Assembly (NCBI GenBank): GCA_038998335.1 | Contig: JAVZHQ010000001.1 | Location: forward strand, 1-64,000 | From: Candidatus Aenigmatarchaeota archaeon | Lineage (GTDB): Archaea; Aenigmatarchaeota; Aenigmatarchaeia; CG10238-14; SCSR01 | DNA: 64,000 nucleotides | Direction: 5' to 3' | In this document: positions 29,188 to 39,877 of the stretch, piece by piece | How positions within the stretch are numbered: the stretch's first letter is position 1 | Layout of the letters: every line of letters begins with the position of its first letter | Notes under the pieces: model-generated | Told to the model about the DNA's origin: nothing | Databases searched by the model: none | What the model saw: the letters and a program-made list of their open reading frames with translations, nothing else | Program-made: the position numbers and the translations under genes

Positions 29188-30391
29188 AAAGCTAATTCCA
29201 GAGGTTAACATTGGTTTGGTTGGACATGTGGCCCATGGAAAAACAACTTTAACCGAAGCTTTGACCGGAAAATTAACCTTAACTCATTCTGAGGAATTGA
29301 AAAGAGGAATAACGATTCGCTTAGGTTATGCTGACGCAACTTTTTATAAGTGTACCAAATGCTCAAGATATTCTACAAGCCAAAAATGTCCTTACTGCTT
29401 TTCTGATTGTGAAATTTTAAGAACTGTTAGTTTTATTGATGCTCCTGGTCATGAGACTTTAATGGCTACAGTTTTAACAGCAACCTCTCTTATGGACGGA
29501 GCTTTGCTTGTTATAGCTGCAAACGAGAAATGCCCTCAACCCCAAACAAGAGAGCATTTAGCTGCCTTGGAAGTTGCAGGAATAAAAAATGTTGTTATTG
29601 TACAAAACAAAATCGACTTAGTTTCTAAGGAAAGGGCTTTGGAAAATTACCAAGAAATTAAAAATTTTGTTAAAAATACAATACTAGAGGATGCGCCAAT
29701 CATTCCTGCTTCTGCGCAACAAAGAGCAAATATAGATTTAGTTATTAAAGCTATAGAAGAAAGAATTCCAACTCCAAAAAGGGAAGAAGAGAAAGACTTG
29801 AAAATGCTCGTTGCTAGAAGCTTTGACGTTAACAAACCAGGAACAGAAATAGAAAAACTGGTAGGAGGAGTTTTAGGTGGCTCTATAATTCAAGGGAAAC
29901 TTAAGCTGGGAGACGAGATAGAAATAAAACCAGGAATAAAGTTAGGAGGAAAGTACAAAAGTTTAATTACAAAGGTAGAAGGTTTGCAAAAAGCGAGAAG
30001 GAATTTGAAAGAAGCTGGTCCAGGAGGTTTAGTAGGAGTATTAACAACTCTTGACCCTTGCCTAACAAAATCTGACTCTTTAGTAGGAAATGTGGTTGGT
30101 TTTCCCGAAAGGCTTGAGGAAGCAAAGGATAGTTTGGAAATCCAAGTAAAACTTTTTGAAAGGTTAGTTGGAGCTAAGGAGCTTAAGGAAATATCTCCAA
30201 TCAAGTTGAAAGAAGAGCTTTTGATAAACGTAGGAACTGCAAGAACTCTTGGAACAGTTACGCAAGTAAAAAAAGATATAATTGAGCTTAAGCTTAAAAT
30301 TCCTGTCTATGCAGAAAAGAACGAAAGAGTAGTTATTTCAAGACAGTTTTCTGGAAGATGGAGATTAATAGGTTATGGGACTATAATTTAG
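29168..30391 (+). CDS. eif2g: Translation initiation factor 2 gamma subunit
   Basis: NIGLVGHVAHGKTT, HSEELKRGITIRLGY, Zn ribbon, DAPGHE, QNKID, RSFDVNKPG, WRLIGYG. Confidence 0.97.
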   Translation: MEKVKDEKLIPEVNIGLVGHVAHGKTTLTEALTGKLTLTHSEELKRGITIRLGYADATFYKCTKCSRYSTSQKCPYCFSDCEILRTVSFIDAPGHETLMATVLTATSLMDGALLVIAANEKCPQPQTREHLAALEVAGIKNVVIVQNKIDLVSKERALENYQEIKNFVKNTILEDAPIIPASAQQRANIDLVIKAIEERIPTPKREEEKDLKMLVARSFDVNKPGTEIEKLVGGVLGGSIIQGKLKLGDEIEIKPGIKLGGKYKSLITKVEGLQKARRNLKEAGPGGLVGVLTTLDPCLTKSDSLVGNVVGFPERLEEAKDSLEIQVKLFERLVGAKELKEISPIKLKEELLINVGTARTLGTVTQVKKDIIELKLKIPVYAEKNERVVISRQFSGRWRLIGYGTII

Positions 30392-30828
30392 CGACATATA
30401 GCATAAACATCGATAGAAAAGATACCTGTTGGTGGTGTAACTTTATAAACGCAAGACCTATCAGTTCCTGAACCTTCGCATACATCTTGGAAATCAAAAG
30501 TTTGACCTGGTTCTATAGTTGTGGTGAACTTTTCCGTCTCTTTCCAATTTGTTAAAGAGCTATTAATCTTTGTGTCTGTTGTTGAGGGTGCTGTTTGAAC
30601 TATATCTATAGTTACAGGAGAGGTTGGAGAAGGATTCCTTAATTTTATTATTACCAAGTCCTTCTCATCGTCGACAGCTTGTTCTCTACATTCACCACTT
30701 CCAACTTGTTCAACTACTTGTTGCGCTCTTCCCCACCATCCGAATATAAAACCTGCAGCCATTCCTACTAATGCTAAAGTTATCATTAACAAAAGAATCG
30801 TTGCAAGCACAGTAGAAATACCTTTCAT
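30388..30828 (-). CDS. Archaeal type IV pilin-like protein (class III signal peptide)
   Basis: MKG|ISTVLATILLLMITLALVG prepilin pattern. Confidence 0.85.
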   Translation of the reverse strand: MKGISTVLATILLLMITLALVGMAAGFIFGWWGRAQQVVEQVGSGECREQAVDDEKDLVIIKLRNPSPTSPVTIDIVQTAPSTTDTKINSSLTNWKETEKFTTTIEPGQTFDFQDVCEGSGTDRSCVYKVTPPTGIFSIDVYAICR

Positions 30829-30883
30829 GTTCTCTTATTCAATTTTGGAAATCTTTATTTAAATGTTTTACTTTTAAAGAAAT

Positions 30884-31258
30884 GTGAAGAAGATTATTTT
30901 GGACACAAATTTTTTAATAGATTGCCTTAAATTTAAAGTGGATTTTTTGAAGGAAATAGAAGAAAAAATAGAAAAGCCTTTCAAATTTTTTGTTCTCGAA
31001 CCAAATTTAAAAGAACTTGAAAAAATAGCAAAAACAAGAAAAAAAGAAGCAAAGTATGCAAAGCTCGCTTTAGAATTTGTTAAAAGCAATTGCAAGCTAA
31101 TAAGTACAAAAGAAAAAAGTGCAGACAAAGCAATTTTAAAGTTTTCTGATGAAAATACTTTTGTTGCTACTAACGACAGAAAATTGAGAAAAAGTTTAAA
31201 AGCATTAAAGGTAAAAAATATTTATTTAAAATCTCTCAAAAAAATAGAGATAGGCTAA
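30884..31258 (+). CDS. PIN-domain ribonuclease (Fcf1/Utp24-like)
   Basis: IILDTNFL, ADKAIL, VATNDRKLRK; usual position after aIF2-gamma. Confidence 0.9.
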   Translation: MKKIILDTNFLIDCLKFKVDFLKEIEEKIEKPFKFFVLEPNLKELEKIAKTRKKEAKYAKLALEFVKSNCKLISTKEKSADKAILKFSDENTFVATNDRKLRKSLKALKVKNIYLKSLKKIEIG

Positions 31259-31262
31259 GAAA

Positions 31263-33299
31263 ATGGAGCTAATAATTTCAGGAATAGCAGGCTTGCTTTC
31301 AATTCTTTTAGCAGTTTTCCTCTATTTCTACATGAAAAAGCAAGATGAAGGAAGCCCAAAAATGAGAGAAATTGCTCTAGCGATAAAAGAAGGAGCCAAC
31401 GCTTACTTAAAAAGGCAAAACTTAACGCTTGCAGTTTTTGTAGTTATAATGGCTTTTATCCTAGGAATTCTTTTGGGCCTGCACGTTTCTTTAGCTTATC
31501 TTTTTGGTTCTTTCTGTACAAGTTTAGCAAGCTACTTTGGAATGAGTGCAGCTGTTAAAACTAACGTAAGAGTTGCTAACGCTGCAAGAAAAGGTTTGAA
31601 AAAAGCTTTCCCTATTGCTTTTTATGGCGGAGCAATAATGGGCTTTTGTATAGTTGGTATGGCTTTGCTTGGAATAACAGTTGTCTACTATTCCTTTAAC
31701 AAGTTTTATTCCCATGAAACTGCTTTAGAGGCAGTACTTGGTTTCAGCTTTGGGGCAAGCGCTCTAGCACTTTTTGCAAAGGCAGGAGGTGGAATTTACA
31801 CAAAAACTGCAGACATAAGCGCTGATTTAGTGGGAAAAGTCGAGCTAGGAATTCCAGAAGACGATCCAAGAAATCCTGCGGTTATTGCCGATAACGTTGG
31901 TGATAATGTTGGAGATGTGGCAGGAATGGGAGCAGATTTAATAGACTCTTACATCGCAAGTATTGTTGCTGCAATGGTTATAGGTGCAACCATAAGCTTA
32001 AGCTTTGCACTTTTGCCTTTACTAATAGCTGCTGCAGGAATTTTTGCCTCGCTTTTAGGAATTCTTTTTGTAAGGGTGGGAGAAAAAGAAAGTCCTGGAA
32101 AAGGTTTGAACAGAGGAACCCTTTCAACTTGCATAATATTTGCAATTTTAACTTTTGCTATTCTCTACTTCCTTAACCTTGGAGAAAAAGCTTACGGAAT
32201 TTTCTTCCCAACTTTAGCAGGCTTGCTAGCAGGAGCGATAATGGGAATAACAACTGACTATTACACTTCAATAGACAGAAACCCTGTTAAGAAAACTGCA
32301 GAATCAGCAAAAACAGGAGCTGCTACCACAATCCTTTCAGGCTTTTCTTACGGAATAATAAGCATAGTTCCTTCCATAGTTGGAATTGCGGTAGCAACAA
32401 TAGCAGCTTGGTACCTTTCCTCTTACTACGGAGTTAACAGCTTTTACGGAATTTCTGTTGCAGCAGTAGGAATGCTTTCCATAGTAGGAATGATAATTTC
32501 TGCAGACGCTTATGGTCCAATAGTTGACAATTCTCGCGGTATAGTTGAGCAATCAAAGCTTGGAGAAAAAGTTTTGAAAATTACTGATAAATTAGATGCT
32601 GCAGGTAACACAGCAAAAGCAATAACAAAAGGTTTTGCCATAGGAGCAGCAGCTTTAACAGTTTTAGCTTTGTTTGGAACTTATGCTGAGGTTGTGGGAA
32701 TAGAAAAAGATGCTAATGGCATGTACATAATAAACATAGTTAACCCAAAAGTCATAGCAGGCTTATTTATAGGAGCGATGATGCCTCCTTTGCTTTCTGC
32801 TCTTCTGATTCTTGCAGTAGGAAAAAATGCTTTTAGGATGATAGAGGAAGTGAGAAGACAGTTTAAAGAAATTCCTGGTTTAATTAAAGGAAAGGCTAAG
32901 CCAGATTATGCTAGATGCGTTGATATAGCAACAAAAGGTGCGCTAAAAGAGCTCATGTTTCCCTGCTCGCTAGCAATAATAGTTCCTTTAATAGTTGGTT
33001 TTGTTCTTGGAAAAGAAGCTTTAGCAGGCTTTTTAGCAGGAAGCATAGTTACAGGAATAATATTTGCTCTTTTCATGGCAAACTCAGGAGGAGCTTGGGA
33101 TAATGCTAAGAAATTTATAGAAGAAGGAAACTTTGGAGGAAAAGGTTCAGAAGCTCATAAGGCCGCAGTTGTTGGCGATACCGTAGGAGATCCTTTCAAG
33201 GATACTGCTGGTCCTTCGCTAAACACTATGATAACAGTAATGTCACTAGTTTCTTCAGTCTTCGCTCCTCTTATAGTTTCTTATGCTTTGGTTTTCTGA
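31263..33299 (+). CDS. hppA: Membrane-bound proton-translocating pyrophosphatase, predicted K+-independent
   Basis: [51 protein letters not shown] carries the Lys typical of K+-independent enzymes. Confidence 0.95.
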   Translation: MELIISGIAGLLSILLAVFLYFYMKKQDEGSPKMREIALAIKEGANAYLKRQNLTLAVFVVIMAFILGILLGLHVSLAYLFGSFCTSLASYFGMSAAVKTNVRVANAARKGLKKAFPIAFYGGAIMGFCIVGMALLGITVVYYSFNKFYSHETALEAVLGFSFGASALALFAKAGGGIYTKTADISADLVGKVELGIPEDDPRNPAVIADNVGDNVGDVAGMGADLIDSYIASIVAAMVIGATISLSFALLPLLIAAAGIFASLLGILFVRVGEKESPGKGLNRGTLSTCIIFAILTFAILYFLNLGEKAYGIFFPTLAGLLAGAIMGITTDYYTSIDRNPVKKTAESAKTGAATTILSGFSYGIISIVPSIVGIAVATIAAWYLSSYYGVNSFYGISVAAVGMLSIVGMIISADAYGPIVDNSRGIVEQSKLGEKVLKITDKLDAAGNTAKAITKGFAIGAAALTVLALFGTYAEVVGIEKDANGMYIINIVNPKVIAGLFIGAMMPPLLSALLILAVGKNAFRMIEEVRRQFKEIPGLIKGKAKPDYARCVDIATKGALKELMFPCSLAIIVPLIVGFVLGKEALAGFLAGSIVTGIIFALFMANSGGAWDNAKKFIEEGNFGGKGSEAHKAAVVGDTVGDPFKDTAGPSLNTMITVMSLVSSVFAPLIVSYALVF

Positions 33300-33823
33300 A
33301 ACTTTTTCTTGTAAAAGTTATTAGCGTAAATAACAATCTCTTTTGCTTCTTTTGAATTTTTCCATTCTTTAAACCTAGAGAATTTATGAGGCTCCAGCCT
33401 TTTATAAGTCTCAAAAAACTCCTGAATTTCCTTTAGCTTGTGAGGATGAACATCTTTTATATCTTTTATTCCATCAAATCTTGCGTCGTTTAAAGGAACA
33501 CAAAGAATTTTTGGGTCTTCACCTTTTTCATCTTCTATTATCAAAGCTCCTATAACTCTTGCTTTTACTATGCAACCAACTTCCAAAGGCTCATAGCTTA
33601 AGACTAAAGCGTCTAAAGGATCTTCATCGTTAAACCAAGTTTGGGGAATAAAACCATACTCTACAGGAAAAACAACAGAAGAAGGAATTATCCTATCGAG
33701 AACAAGCTCGTCCCACTCTACATTATATTCATACTTGTCTCTTGAACCGCTTATACACTCTATAACAACATTAACTATTTCTGGCGGCTTTTCGCCTAAG
33801 GGAATTTTATGTAAAATGCTCAT
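33281..33823 (-). CDS. ppa: Soluble inorganic pyrophosphatase, family I
   Basis: KYEY, LDR, YGFIPQT, DEDPLD, FFETYK. Confidence 0.95.
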   Translation of the reverse strand: MSILHKIPLGEKPPEIVNVVIECISGSRDKYEYNVEWDELVLDRIIPSSVVFPVEYGFIPQTWFNDEDPLDALVLSYEPLEVGCIVKARVIGALIIEDEKGEDPKILCVPLNDARFDGIKDIKDVHPHKLKEIQEFFETYKRLEPHKFSRFKEWKNSKEAKEIVIYANNFYKKKFQKTKA

Positions 33824-33928
33824 AGCTATTTAATTTCTTCTGATACCTTTAAATTTTTTTTGTTTTTTTAAGTAAACATTAAATTTTTTATACTATTTGA
33901 GTAAGAATATAGTTTATTGAGTGGTTGA

Positions 33929-36673
33929 ATGGAAGAAGAGAAGTGGCATGCTTTGGACCCAAAAGAAGCGATGGAAAAATTGAAAGCAAGTGAAAAAGGT
34001 TTAAGCGAGGAAGAAGCTAAAAAAAGGTTGCAAGAGTATGGCTATAATGAGTTAAAGGAAAGGAAAAAAGTTTCAGCTTTGGAAATTTTTCTCAATCAAT
34101 TTAAAGATATATTTGTAATAATGCTTTTGGTTGCAATAGCTATTTCTGTTTTGATAGGATGGTACGAAATAAAAGAAAATCCAGAAAAAAGTTTTTTTGA
34201 AGCTTATGCTGATGCTGTAGCGATAGGGGCAATAGTTGTATTAAACGCAATAGTCGGCTTTACTCAAGAATACAGAGCTGAAAAAGCTTTGGAAGCTATG
34301 AAAAAACTTACTGCTCCTAAGGCTAGGGTTATAAGGGAAGGAAAAGAGGTTTTGATAGATGCAAGGGAAGTTGTTCCTGGTGATATTCTTCTAATAGAAG
34401 CAGGGGATAGAATTGCTGCAGATGGTTTACTTTTGGAAAGCGTTGAGCTTGAGGTTAACGAGGCAGTTTTGACTGGAGAATCAGCTCCTGTAAGAAAAAA
34501 AGTAGGAAAGTTAAAGCCTGATATACCAATAGCTGAAAGAAAGAATTATGTTTTTATGGCAACTTATGCAACTTACGGAAGAGGAAAAGTTTTAGTAACA
34601 GCTACAGGAATGAAAACAGAGTTTGGAAAAATTGCAGAAAAAGTTCAGGAAATAGAGGAGGAAGAAACTCCTTTGAAAAGAAAGCTAAACGATTTTGCAA
34701 AAAAGCTTGCGAAGTTTGTTGTTGTTATTTGCATAATAATTTTTGCTTTAGAACTTTACGAGATTTTAGGAATTTTTAAGATAAGAGAATTCGGAGAAAT
34801 TATAAAAGAGTCTTTAGACGCTTTCATGACTTCTGTTGCCTTAGCAGTTAGTGCAGTTCCTGAAGGTTTACCTGCAGTTGTTACAATAACTTTAGCCTTA
34901 GGTGCAAGAGAACTAGCAAGAAGAAATGCTATAATAAGAAAACTTTCCTCCGCCGAAACTTTGGGAGCAGTTACTGTTATTTGCTCCGATAAAACTGGAA
35001 CCTTAACAAAAGGAGAAATGACTGTTAAGAAAGTTTATGCTAACGATAAGATTATAGAAGTTACAGGCGTTGGTTATGAAGCAAAAGGAGAATTTTTGCT
35101 CGAGGGAAAAAGTTTTAACCCTAAGGAAATAGAGCTTTTGCTTAGAATTGCTTGCTTATGTAACAATGCAAGCTACGATGGGCAAACGATAAAAGGAGAC
35201 CCAACAGAAGGAGCTTTGATAGTTGCAGCAGCAAAGGCAGGAATGAAAAAAGAAGATTTGGAAAATGAGTATCAAAGAATTCATGAAATTCCTTTCAGCT
35301 CTGAAAGAAAGAGAATGACTACAATTCACTCATTTGAAAACAAAAAGTTTGCTTACATGAAAGGTGCTCCTGAAGTTGTTCTTGAGAGATGCGATTTTAT
35401 TTTAAAAGATGGAAAAATAGAAAAGTTGGATGAAAAAGAAAAGAAGAAGATTCTAAAGGCTAACGAAGATTTTGCTTCTCAAGCCTTAAGAGTTTTGGGT
35501 TTTGCTTTTAAAGAGCTGAAAGAAAAGTTTGACGATGAAAGCGCTGAAAAAGGTTTGGTTTTTGTTGGTCTAATGGGAATGATAGACCCAGCAAGAGAAG
35601 AAGCAAAAGAAGCTAATAAAAAATGTCAGGAAGCAGGAATAAAAACTGTGATGATTACTGGCGACCATAAGCTTACCGCAATAGCAATAGCAAAAGAGAT
35701 TGGTATGCTTGATAACAACGAAGAAGCTAAAGTTTTAACTGGCGAGGAGCTTGACAAGCTTAGCGACGAAGAATTTGAAAAGATTGTTGAAGAAGTTAGA
35801 ATTTATGCAAGAGTTTCTCCTGAACATAAGTTAAGAATTGTTAAAGCGTTAAAGAAAAAGGGTCATATAGTTGCCATGACAGGCGATGGAGTAAACGATG
35901 CTCCAGCTTTAAAGCAAGCAGACATTGGAATTGCTATGGGTATTACTGGTACAGAAGTAACAAAAGAAGCTTCCGACATGATCTTAGCTGATGATAACTT
36001 TGCAACAATAGTTAAAGCAGTTGAAGGAGGAAGAGGAATTTATGAAAACATAAGAAAGTTTGTTTTCTTTTTATTAAGATGCAATTTTGATGAGTTAGGA
36101 ATAATAGGAATTTTTGCCTTATTAGGTTTGCCTTTGCCTTTGAACGCTGCCATGATTTTATGGATTAACTTGGTTACTGACGGTGCACCAGCAATAGCTT
36201 TGAGCATGGACCCACCAGAAGAAGATTTGATGAAAAGAAAGCCTCGAGACCCAAAACAAGGAATTTTGCACGGAAGGTTTGCTCAAATTTTAGCATCTTT
36301 CATAACTCAGTTTTTCGGAACAGCCTTTATTTTCTGCCTTTCTTACTATGTTTGGAAAGAGCCTTTAGAAGAGGCTATGACCATGGCCTTTGTTCAAGCA
36401 AGCTTCCAAGAGTTGTTTACAGTTTTTAACTGCAGGTCAGAAAGAAAATCTGTCTTTAGGTATTCTCCTTTCACAAACAAATATTTGGTAATAGCTGTAG
36501 CAGCTTCTTTTGCTTTAACTTTAATGCTTTGCTATGTTCCAATATTTCAAGTAATGTTCGGTACAGTACCTCTTACTCTTCAAGATTTAGCCTTAGTTAT
36601 GGCAGTAAGCTCTCTTGGCTTGTTCATACTTCCTGAAATATTTTATGGAAGGAAGGTTTGGAAATGGGTTTAG
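33929..36673 (+). CDS. P-type cation-transporting ATPase (type II, Ca2+-like)
   Basis: TGES, PEGL, DKTGTLT, KGAPE, TGDGVNDAPAL, NLVTDG. Confidence 0.95.
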   Translation: MEEEKWHALDPKEAMEKLKASEKGLSEEEAKKRLQEYGYNELKERKKVSALEIFLNQFKDIFVIMLLVAIAISVLIGWYEIKENPEKSFFEAYADAVAIGAIVVLNAIVGFTQEYRAEKALEAMKKLTAPKARVIREGKEVLIDAREVVPGDILLIEAGDRIAADGLLLESVELEVNEAVLTGESAPVRKKVGKLKPDIPIAERKNYVFMATYATYGRGKVLVTATGMKTEFGKIAEKVQEIEEEETPLKRKLNDFAKKLAKFVVVICIIIFALELYEILGIFKIREFGEIIKESLDAFMTSVALAVSAVPEGLPAVVTITLALGARELARRNAIIRKLSSAETLGAVTVICSDKTGTLTKGEMTVKKVYANDKIIEVTGVGYEAKGEFLLEGKSFNPKEIELLLRIACLCNNASYDGQTIKGDPTEGALIVAAAKAGMKKEDLENEYQRIHEIPFSSERKRMTTIHSFENKKFAYMKGAPEVVLERCDFILKDGKIEKLDEKEKKKILKANEDFASQALRVLGFAFKELKEKFDDESAEKGLVFVGLMGMIDPAREEAKEANKKCQEAGIKTVMITGDHKLTAIAIAKEIGMLDNNEEAKVLTGEELDKLSDEEFEKIVEEVRIYARVSPEHKLRIVKALKKKGHIVAMTGDGVNDAPALKQADIGIAMGITGTEVTKEASDMILADDNFATIVKAVEGGRGIYENIRKFVFFLLRCNFDELGIIGIFALLGLPLPLNAAMILWINLVTDGAPAIALSMDPPEEDLMKRKPRDPKQGILHGRFAQILASFITQFFGTAFIFCLSYYVWKEPLEEAMTMAFVQASFQELFTVFNCRSERKSVFRYSPFTNKYLVIAVAASFALTLMLCYVPIFQVMFGTVPLTLQDLALVMAVSSLGLFILPEIFYGRKVWKWV

Positions 36674-36717
36674 AAAAAGAATTTAATTATTCAAGATTAT
36701 CATAATAGTGATAAAAT

Positions 36718-37269
36718 ATGTACAAAATTTTTACAGTTGAAGAAAGAATAAGGGTTCCTCCGACAAAGCTTGGTTTAAAAGTTAAAGAAGCAGTGAAAGA
36801 AGCTATAGCTGATCAACTAGAAGGAACTTTAGACCCAAGGTTAGGAATAATACTTTCTGTTGTTTCAGTAGACGAAATTGGTGAAGGAAAAATTGTTCCA
36901 GGAGACCCTGGAGTTCATTATAACGCTAAGTTTAAGCTTCTAACCTTTAAGCCAGAAGTTAACGAGCTAGTTTTCGGTGAAGTAATAGATAACACTGAGT
37001 TTGGTTCTTTTGTTAGAATAGGTCCTTTTGATGGTTTAGTTCACATTTCTCAGCTTATGGATGATTTTGTAAGCTACGATTCAAAAAACGCAATATTTCT
37101 TGGAAAAGAAACTAAAAAAACATTAAAAGAAGGGGATAAGGTAAGAGCTAGAATAATTTCTGTTAGTTTTGGGACTGAGAATAAAATTGGTTTAACCATG
37201 AGACAAGCTGGCTTAGGAAACTTGGTTTGGATAGAGGAAGAAAAGAAGAAAAAGAAGAAGGGAAAATAA
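36718..37269 (+). CDS. rpo7: RNA polymerase subunit E' (Rpo7)
   Basis: GKIVPGDPGVHY, FVRIGPFDGLVHISQLMDD, KIGLTMRQAGLG. Confidence 0.96.
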   Translation: MYKIFTVEERIRVPPTKLGLKVKEAVKEAIADQLEGTLDPRLGIILSVVSVDEIGEGKIVPGDPGVHYNAKFKLLTFKPEVNELVFGEVIDNTEFGSFVRIGPFDGLVHISQLMDDFVSYDSKNAIFLGKETKKTLKEGDKVRARIISVSFGTENKIGLTMRQAGLGNLVWIEEEKKKKKKGK

Positions 37270-37458
37270 ATGGCAAAAAGGTTACAAGTTTGCAGGAATT
37301 GTAGAAGGTTTACAACAGAGCAGGCTTGTCCTTTTTGTAAGTCAACAAATCTTTCAACAAGCTGGAAAGGTTTAGTAATAATTCTAAACCCAGAAAGTGA
37401 AGTAGCAAAAATATTGAGAGTTAGTGAAGCAGGAAAGTATGCTTTATATGTTGGTTAA
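37270..37458 (+). CDS. spt4: Transcription elongation factor Spt4 (RpoE'')
   Basis: CRNC..CPFC, WKGLVIILNPESEVAK, GKYAL. Confidence 0.95.
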   Translation: MAKRLQVCRNCRRFTTEQACPFCKSTNLSTSWKGLVIILNPESEVAKILRVSEAGKYALYVG

Positions 37459-38402
37459 AAGTACTTTCCGTTCAAAAACTCTTTTTTACTTTTTAGATAT
37501 TCGTAAGCAGCCAAAGCAGCTTTTGCTCCTTCGCCTGCAGCAATTATTATTTGCTTCCAAGTACAATCTGTAACGTCGCCAGCAGCAAAAATTCCGGGGT
37601 AAGAGGTTCTACAATCCTTATCTACAATTATTTCTTTTTTCTCGTTCAGCTTAACAGGCAAGTCTATATCAGTTCCTGGTCTTAGTCCAATCAATACAAA
37701 AACTCCTTTAACGTTAAGCTTAAACTTTTCTTTTGTTTTTATATTTTCTACTTCAACGCTTTCAACAAAATCCTTTCCTTCAATTCTTGTTATCCTACAA
37801 TTGTTGAAAATCTTAACATAAGAAAGCTTTTTCACTTTTTCTCTTGTTAGCTCATCTCCTCCTAGATTTTCAGTTATGTTAACAAGATAAATTTCCTTAG
37901 TAAATTTTGATAGCTGTAAAACTGCATCTAGGGCTGAATTGCCTCCACCAACAACTACTACTGGTAAATTTTTGAAAACTGGTGCATCGCAAACTGCACA
38001 GTAGCTTACTCCCCTTCCTATAAATTCTTCTTCTCCAGGAACGTTTAAGTGTAAAGGAAGTTTTCCAGAAGCTATTATAACGGCATTTGCTAAATAATTG
38101 TTCCTGTTTGTTTCAACAAGAAAAATTTCATCTTTTGGCTTTACTGCCCTTACCTCTTCATACTTTACTTCAATATTGAAAGCTTTTACATGCTCTTCAA
38201 ACTTTTTGACAAATTCTGGGCCAGTAATTAGTCTATAACCAAGATAATTTTCTATGGAAGAAGATAAGGCTGCTTGTCCGCCTAAATCTTTTGAAATAAC
38301 AAGAATGTCAAGCCTTTTTCTTGCAAGATAAATGCTTGCAGTTATTCCAGCCGGACCTGCCCCAACTATTATAACATCATAAGGAGTGATAGAACTCATC
38401 AT
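37455..38402 (-). CDS. trxB: Thioredoxin-disulfide reductase
   Basis: GAGPAG, GVSYCAVCD, GGGNSA, GIFAAGD. Confidence 0.93.
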   Translation of the reverse strand: MMSSITPYDVIIVGAGPAGITASIYLARKRLDILVISKDLGGQAALSSSIENYLGYRLITGPEFVKKFEEHVKAFNIEVKYEEVRAVKPKDEIFLVETNRNNYLANAVIIASGKLPLHLNVPGEEEFIGRGVSYCAVCDAPVFKNLPVVVVGGGNSALDAVLQLSKFTKEIYLVNITENLGGDELTREKVKKLSYVKIFNNCRITRIEGKDFVESVEVENIKTKEKFKLNVKGVFVLIGLRPGTDIDLPVKLNEKKEIIVDKDCRTSYPGIFAAGDVTDCTWKQIIIAAGEGAKAALAAYEYLKSKKEFLNGKYF

Positions 38403-38436
38403 AAAATAAATTTTCTTAGCTTAGATAATAAATCTT

Positions 38437-38925
38437 ATGAAAGCTTTATTCATCTTAAGAGCTCAACCTTTTCATAAAGGTCATTTGTATGCTATAAAAA
38501 AAGCTGCAAAAAAATTTGAGGTAATAATTGGAATAGGAAGCTCTAACGTAAAAAACACTTTTGAAAACCCTTTCTCTTTTAAAGAAAGAAAAGAAATGCT
38601 CAGGCTTGCTGGAATAAAGCAAAAAATAGTTCCAATTCCCGATTTTCACGATTGCAAGAAATGGACAAACTATATTTTAAACAAAATAGATTTTGATGTA
38701 GTAATTTCTGGAAATGAGTGGGTAAAAGAATGTTTTAGAGGAAAGAAGAAAGTTATTAGCCCCGAATTTTTTAAACCAAGGAAATATAAAGCGAGTAAAA
38801 TTAGAGAAAAGATTGCAAAAGGGGAAAAATGGGAAGACTTGGTTCCTAGGAAAGTGGCTAACTATATTAAAAAAATAAAAGGTGAAGAAAGAATCAAAAA
38901 AATTGCTACGAGTTTCAATATTTGA
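38437..38925 (+). CDS. nadM: Nicotinamide-nucleotide adenylyltransferase (NadM-like)
   Basis: RAQPFHKGH, IGIGSS, ENPFSFKERKEM, ASKIRE, WEDLVP. Confidence 0.85.
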   Translation: MKALFILRAQPFHKGHLYAIKKAAKKFEVIIGIGSSNVKNTFENPFSFKERKEMLRLAGIKQKIVPIPDFHDCKKWTNYILNKIDFDVVISGNEWVKECFRGKKKVISPEFFKPRKYKASKIREKIAKGEKWEDLVPRKVANYIKKIKGEERIKKIATSFNI

Positions 38926-39772
38926 TAACCTGTTTAACTATAGTGTGTATTTCTTCTATAAGGTTACTTGCAATCAAAGATTCAGAATATTTTTTTGCTG
39001 CAAGTTCGCCAGCCTTCCCATTCAAGTAAGCTGCAGCACAAGCCGAAGTAAAAACATCATTTCCTCTAGCTAAATAAGCCCCCAAAATTCCTGCTAAGGT
39101 ATCTCCCAGGCCACCTTTAGTTAAGGCTGGTGAGCCAGTTTTATTCAAAGCTACTTCCTTTCCGTTTGAAATAACATCTACATGACCTTTTAAAAGAATA
39201 GTTGTCTTAAGCTTCGCTGCAGTTTCTTTCACAACTTTAATTCTTTGGTTTAAATCATTACCAACTTGGATTCCTGAAAGAACCAAAAGCTCGTGAACAT
39301 GAGGAGTTAAAACAAAATTTTTATCCTTCAAAACTTCTTTTTTTGTTGCTACTGCATGGATAGCATCAGCATCTATCACTGCTGGAATATCTATTTTTTC
39401 CAAATACTCAACAACAGTTTCCAAAACTTCTTTTTCTCTTGTTAGTCCACCTCCAATAACAACAGCATTTTTGTTGTGGGTAAACTTTAACAACTCTTCC
39501 AAATGCTCTTTACAAAGATGGTCTCCTTTTAAAGGATAAGCTATTAAATCAGGAGCAAAGGAAGCTATTATGTTCGCTGCTCTCTCAGGAGCTAAGATAG
39601 TAACTAAATCGACACCTGCCCTTAAAGCTGCTAAAGCGTTGAAGGCTGGCGAGCCAGAATAATGTTTGCTTCCCCCTATTACTAGTAAGTGGCCAAACTG
39701 AAATTTGTGGCTCCACAAATTTCTTTTTTTATAGATTTTTTTTAATACTGATTTTTTGAGATACATTAACAT
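38915..39772 (-). CDS. nnrD: NAD(P)H-hydrate dehydratase
   Basis: HKFQFGHLLVIGGSKHYSGSP, VIDADAI, LTPHVHE, GGLGDTLAG. Confidence 0.92.
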   Translation of the reverse strand: MLMYLKKSVLKKIYKKRNLWSHKFQFGHLLVIGGSKHYSGSPAFNALAALRAGVDLVTILAPERAANIIASFAPDLIAYPLKGDHLCKEHLEELLKFTHNKNAVVIGGGLTREKEVLETVVEYLEKIDIPAVIDADAIHAVATKKEVLKDKNFVLTPHVHELLVLSGIQVGNDLNQRIKVVKETAAKLKTTILLKGHVDVISNGKEVALNKTGSPALTKGGLGDTLAGILGAYLARGNDVFTSACAAAYLNGKAGELAAKKYSESLIASNLIEEIHTIVKQVIKY

Positions 39773-39877
39773 TATCTCTTAAATAATTTTTTCTCGATTA
39801 AATTAATCTTTTTCATCTGTCAATATCGGAAGTTTACTTCCAAAAGTTAAATATTCTTAAAAAATTCTTATTTTTTT

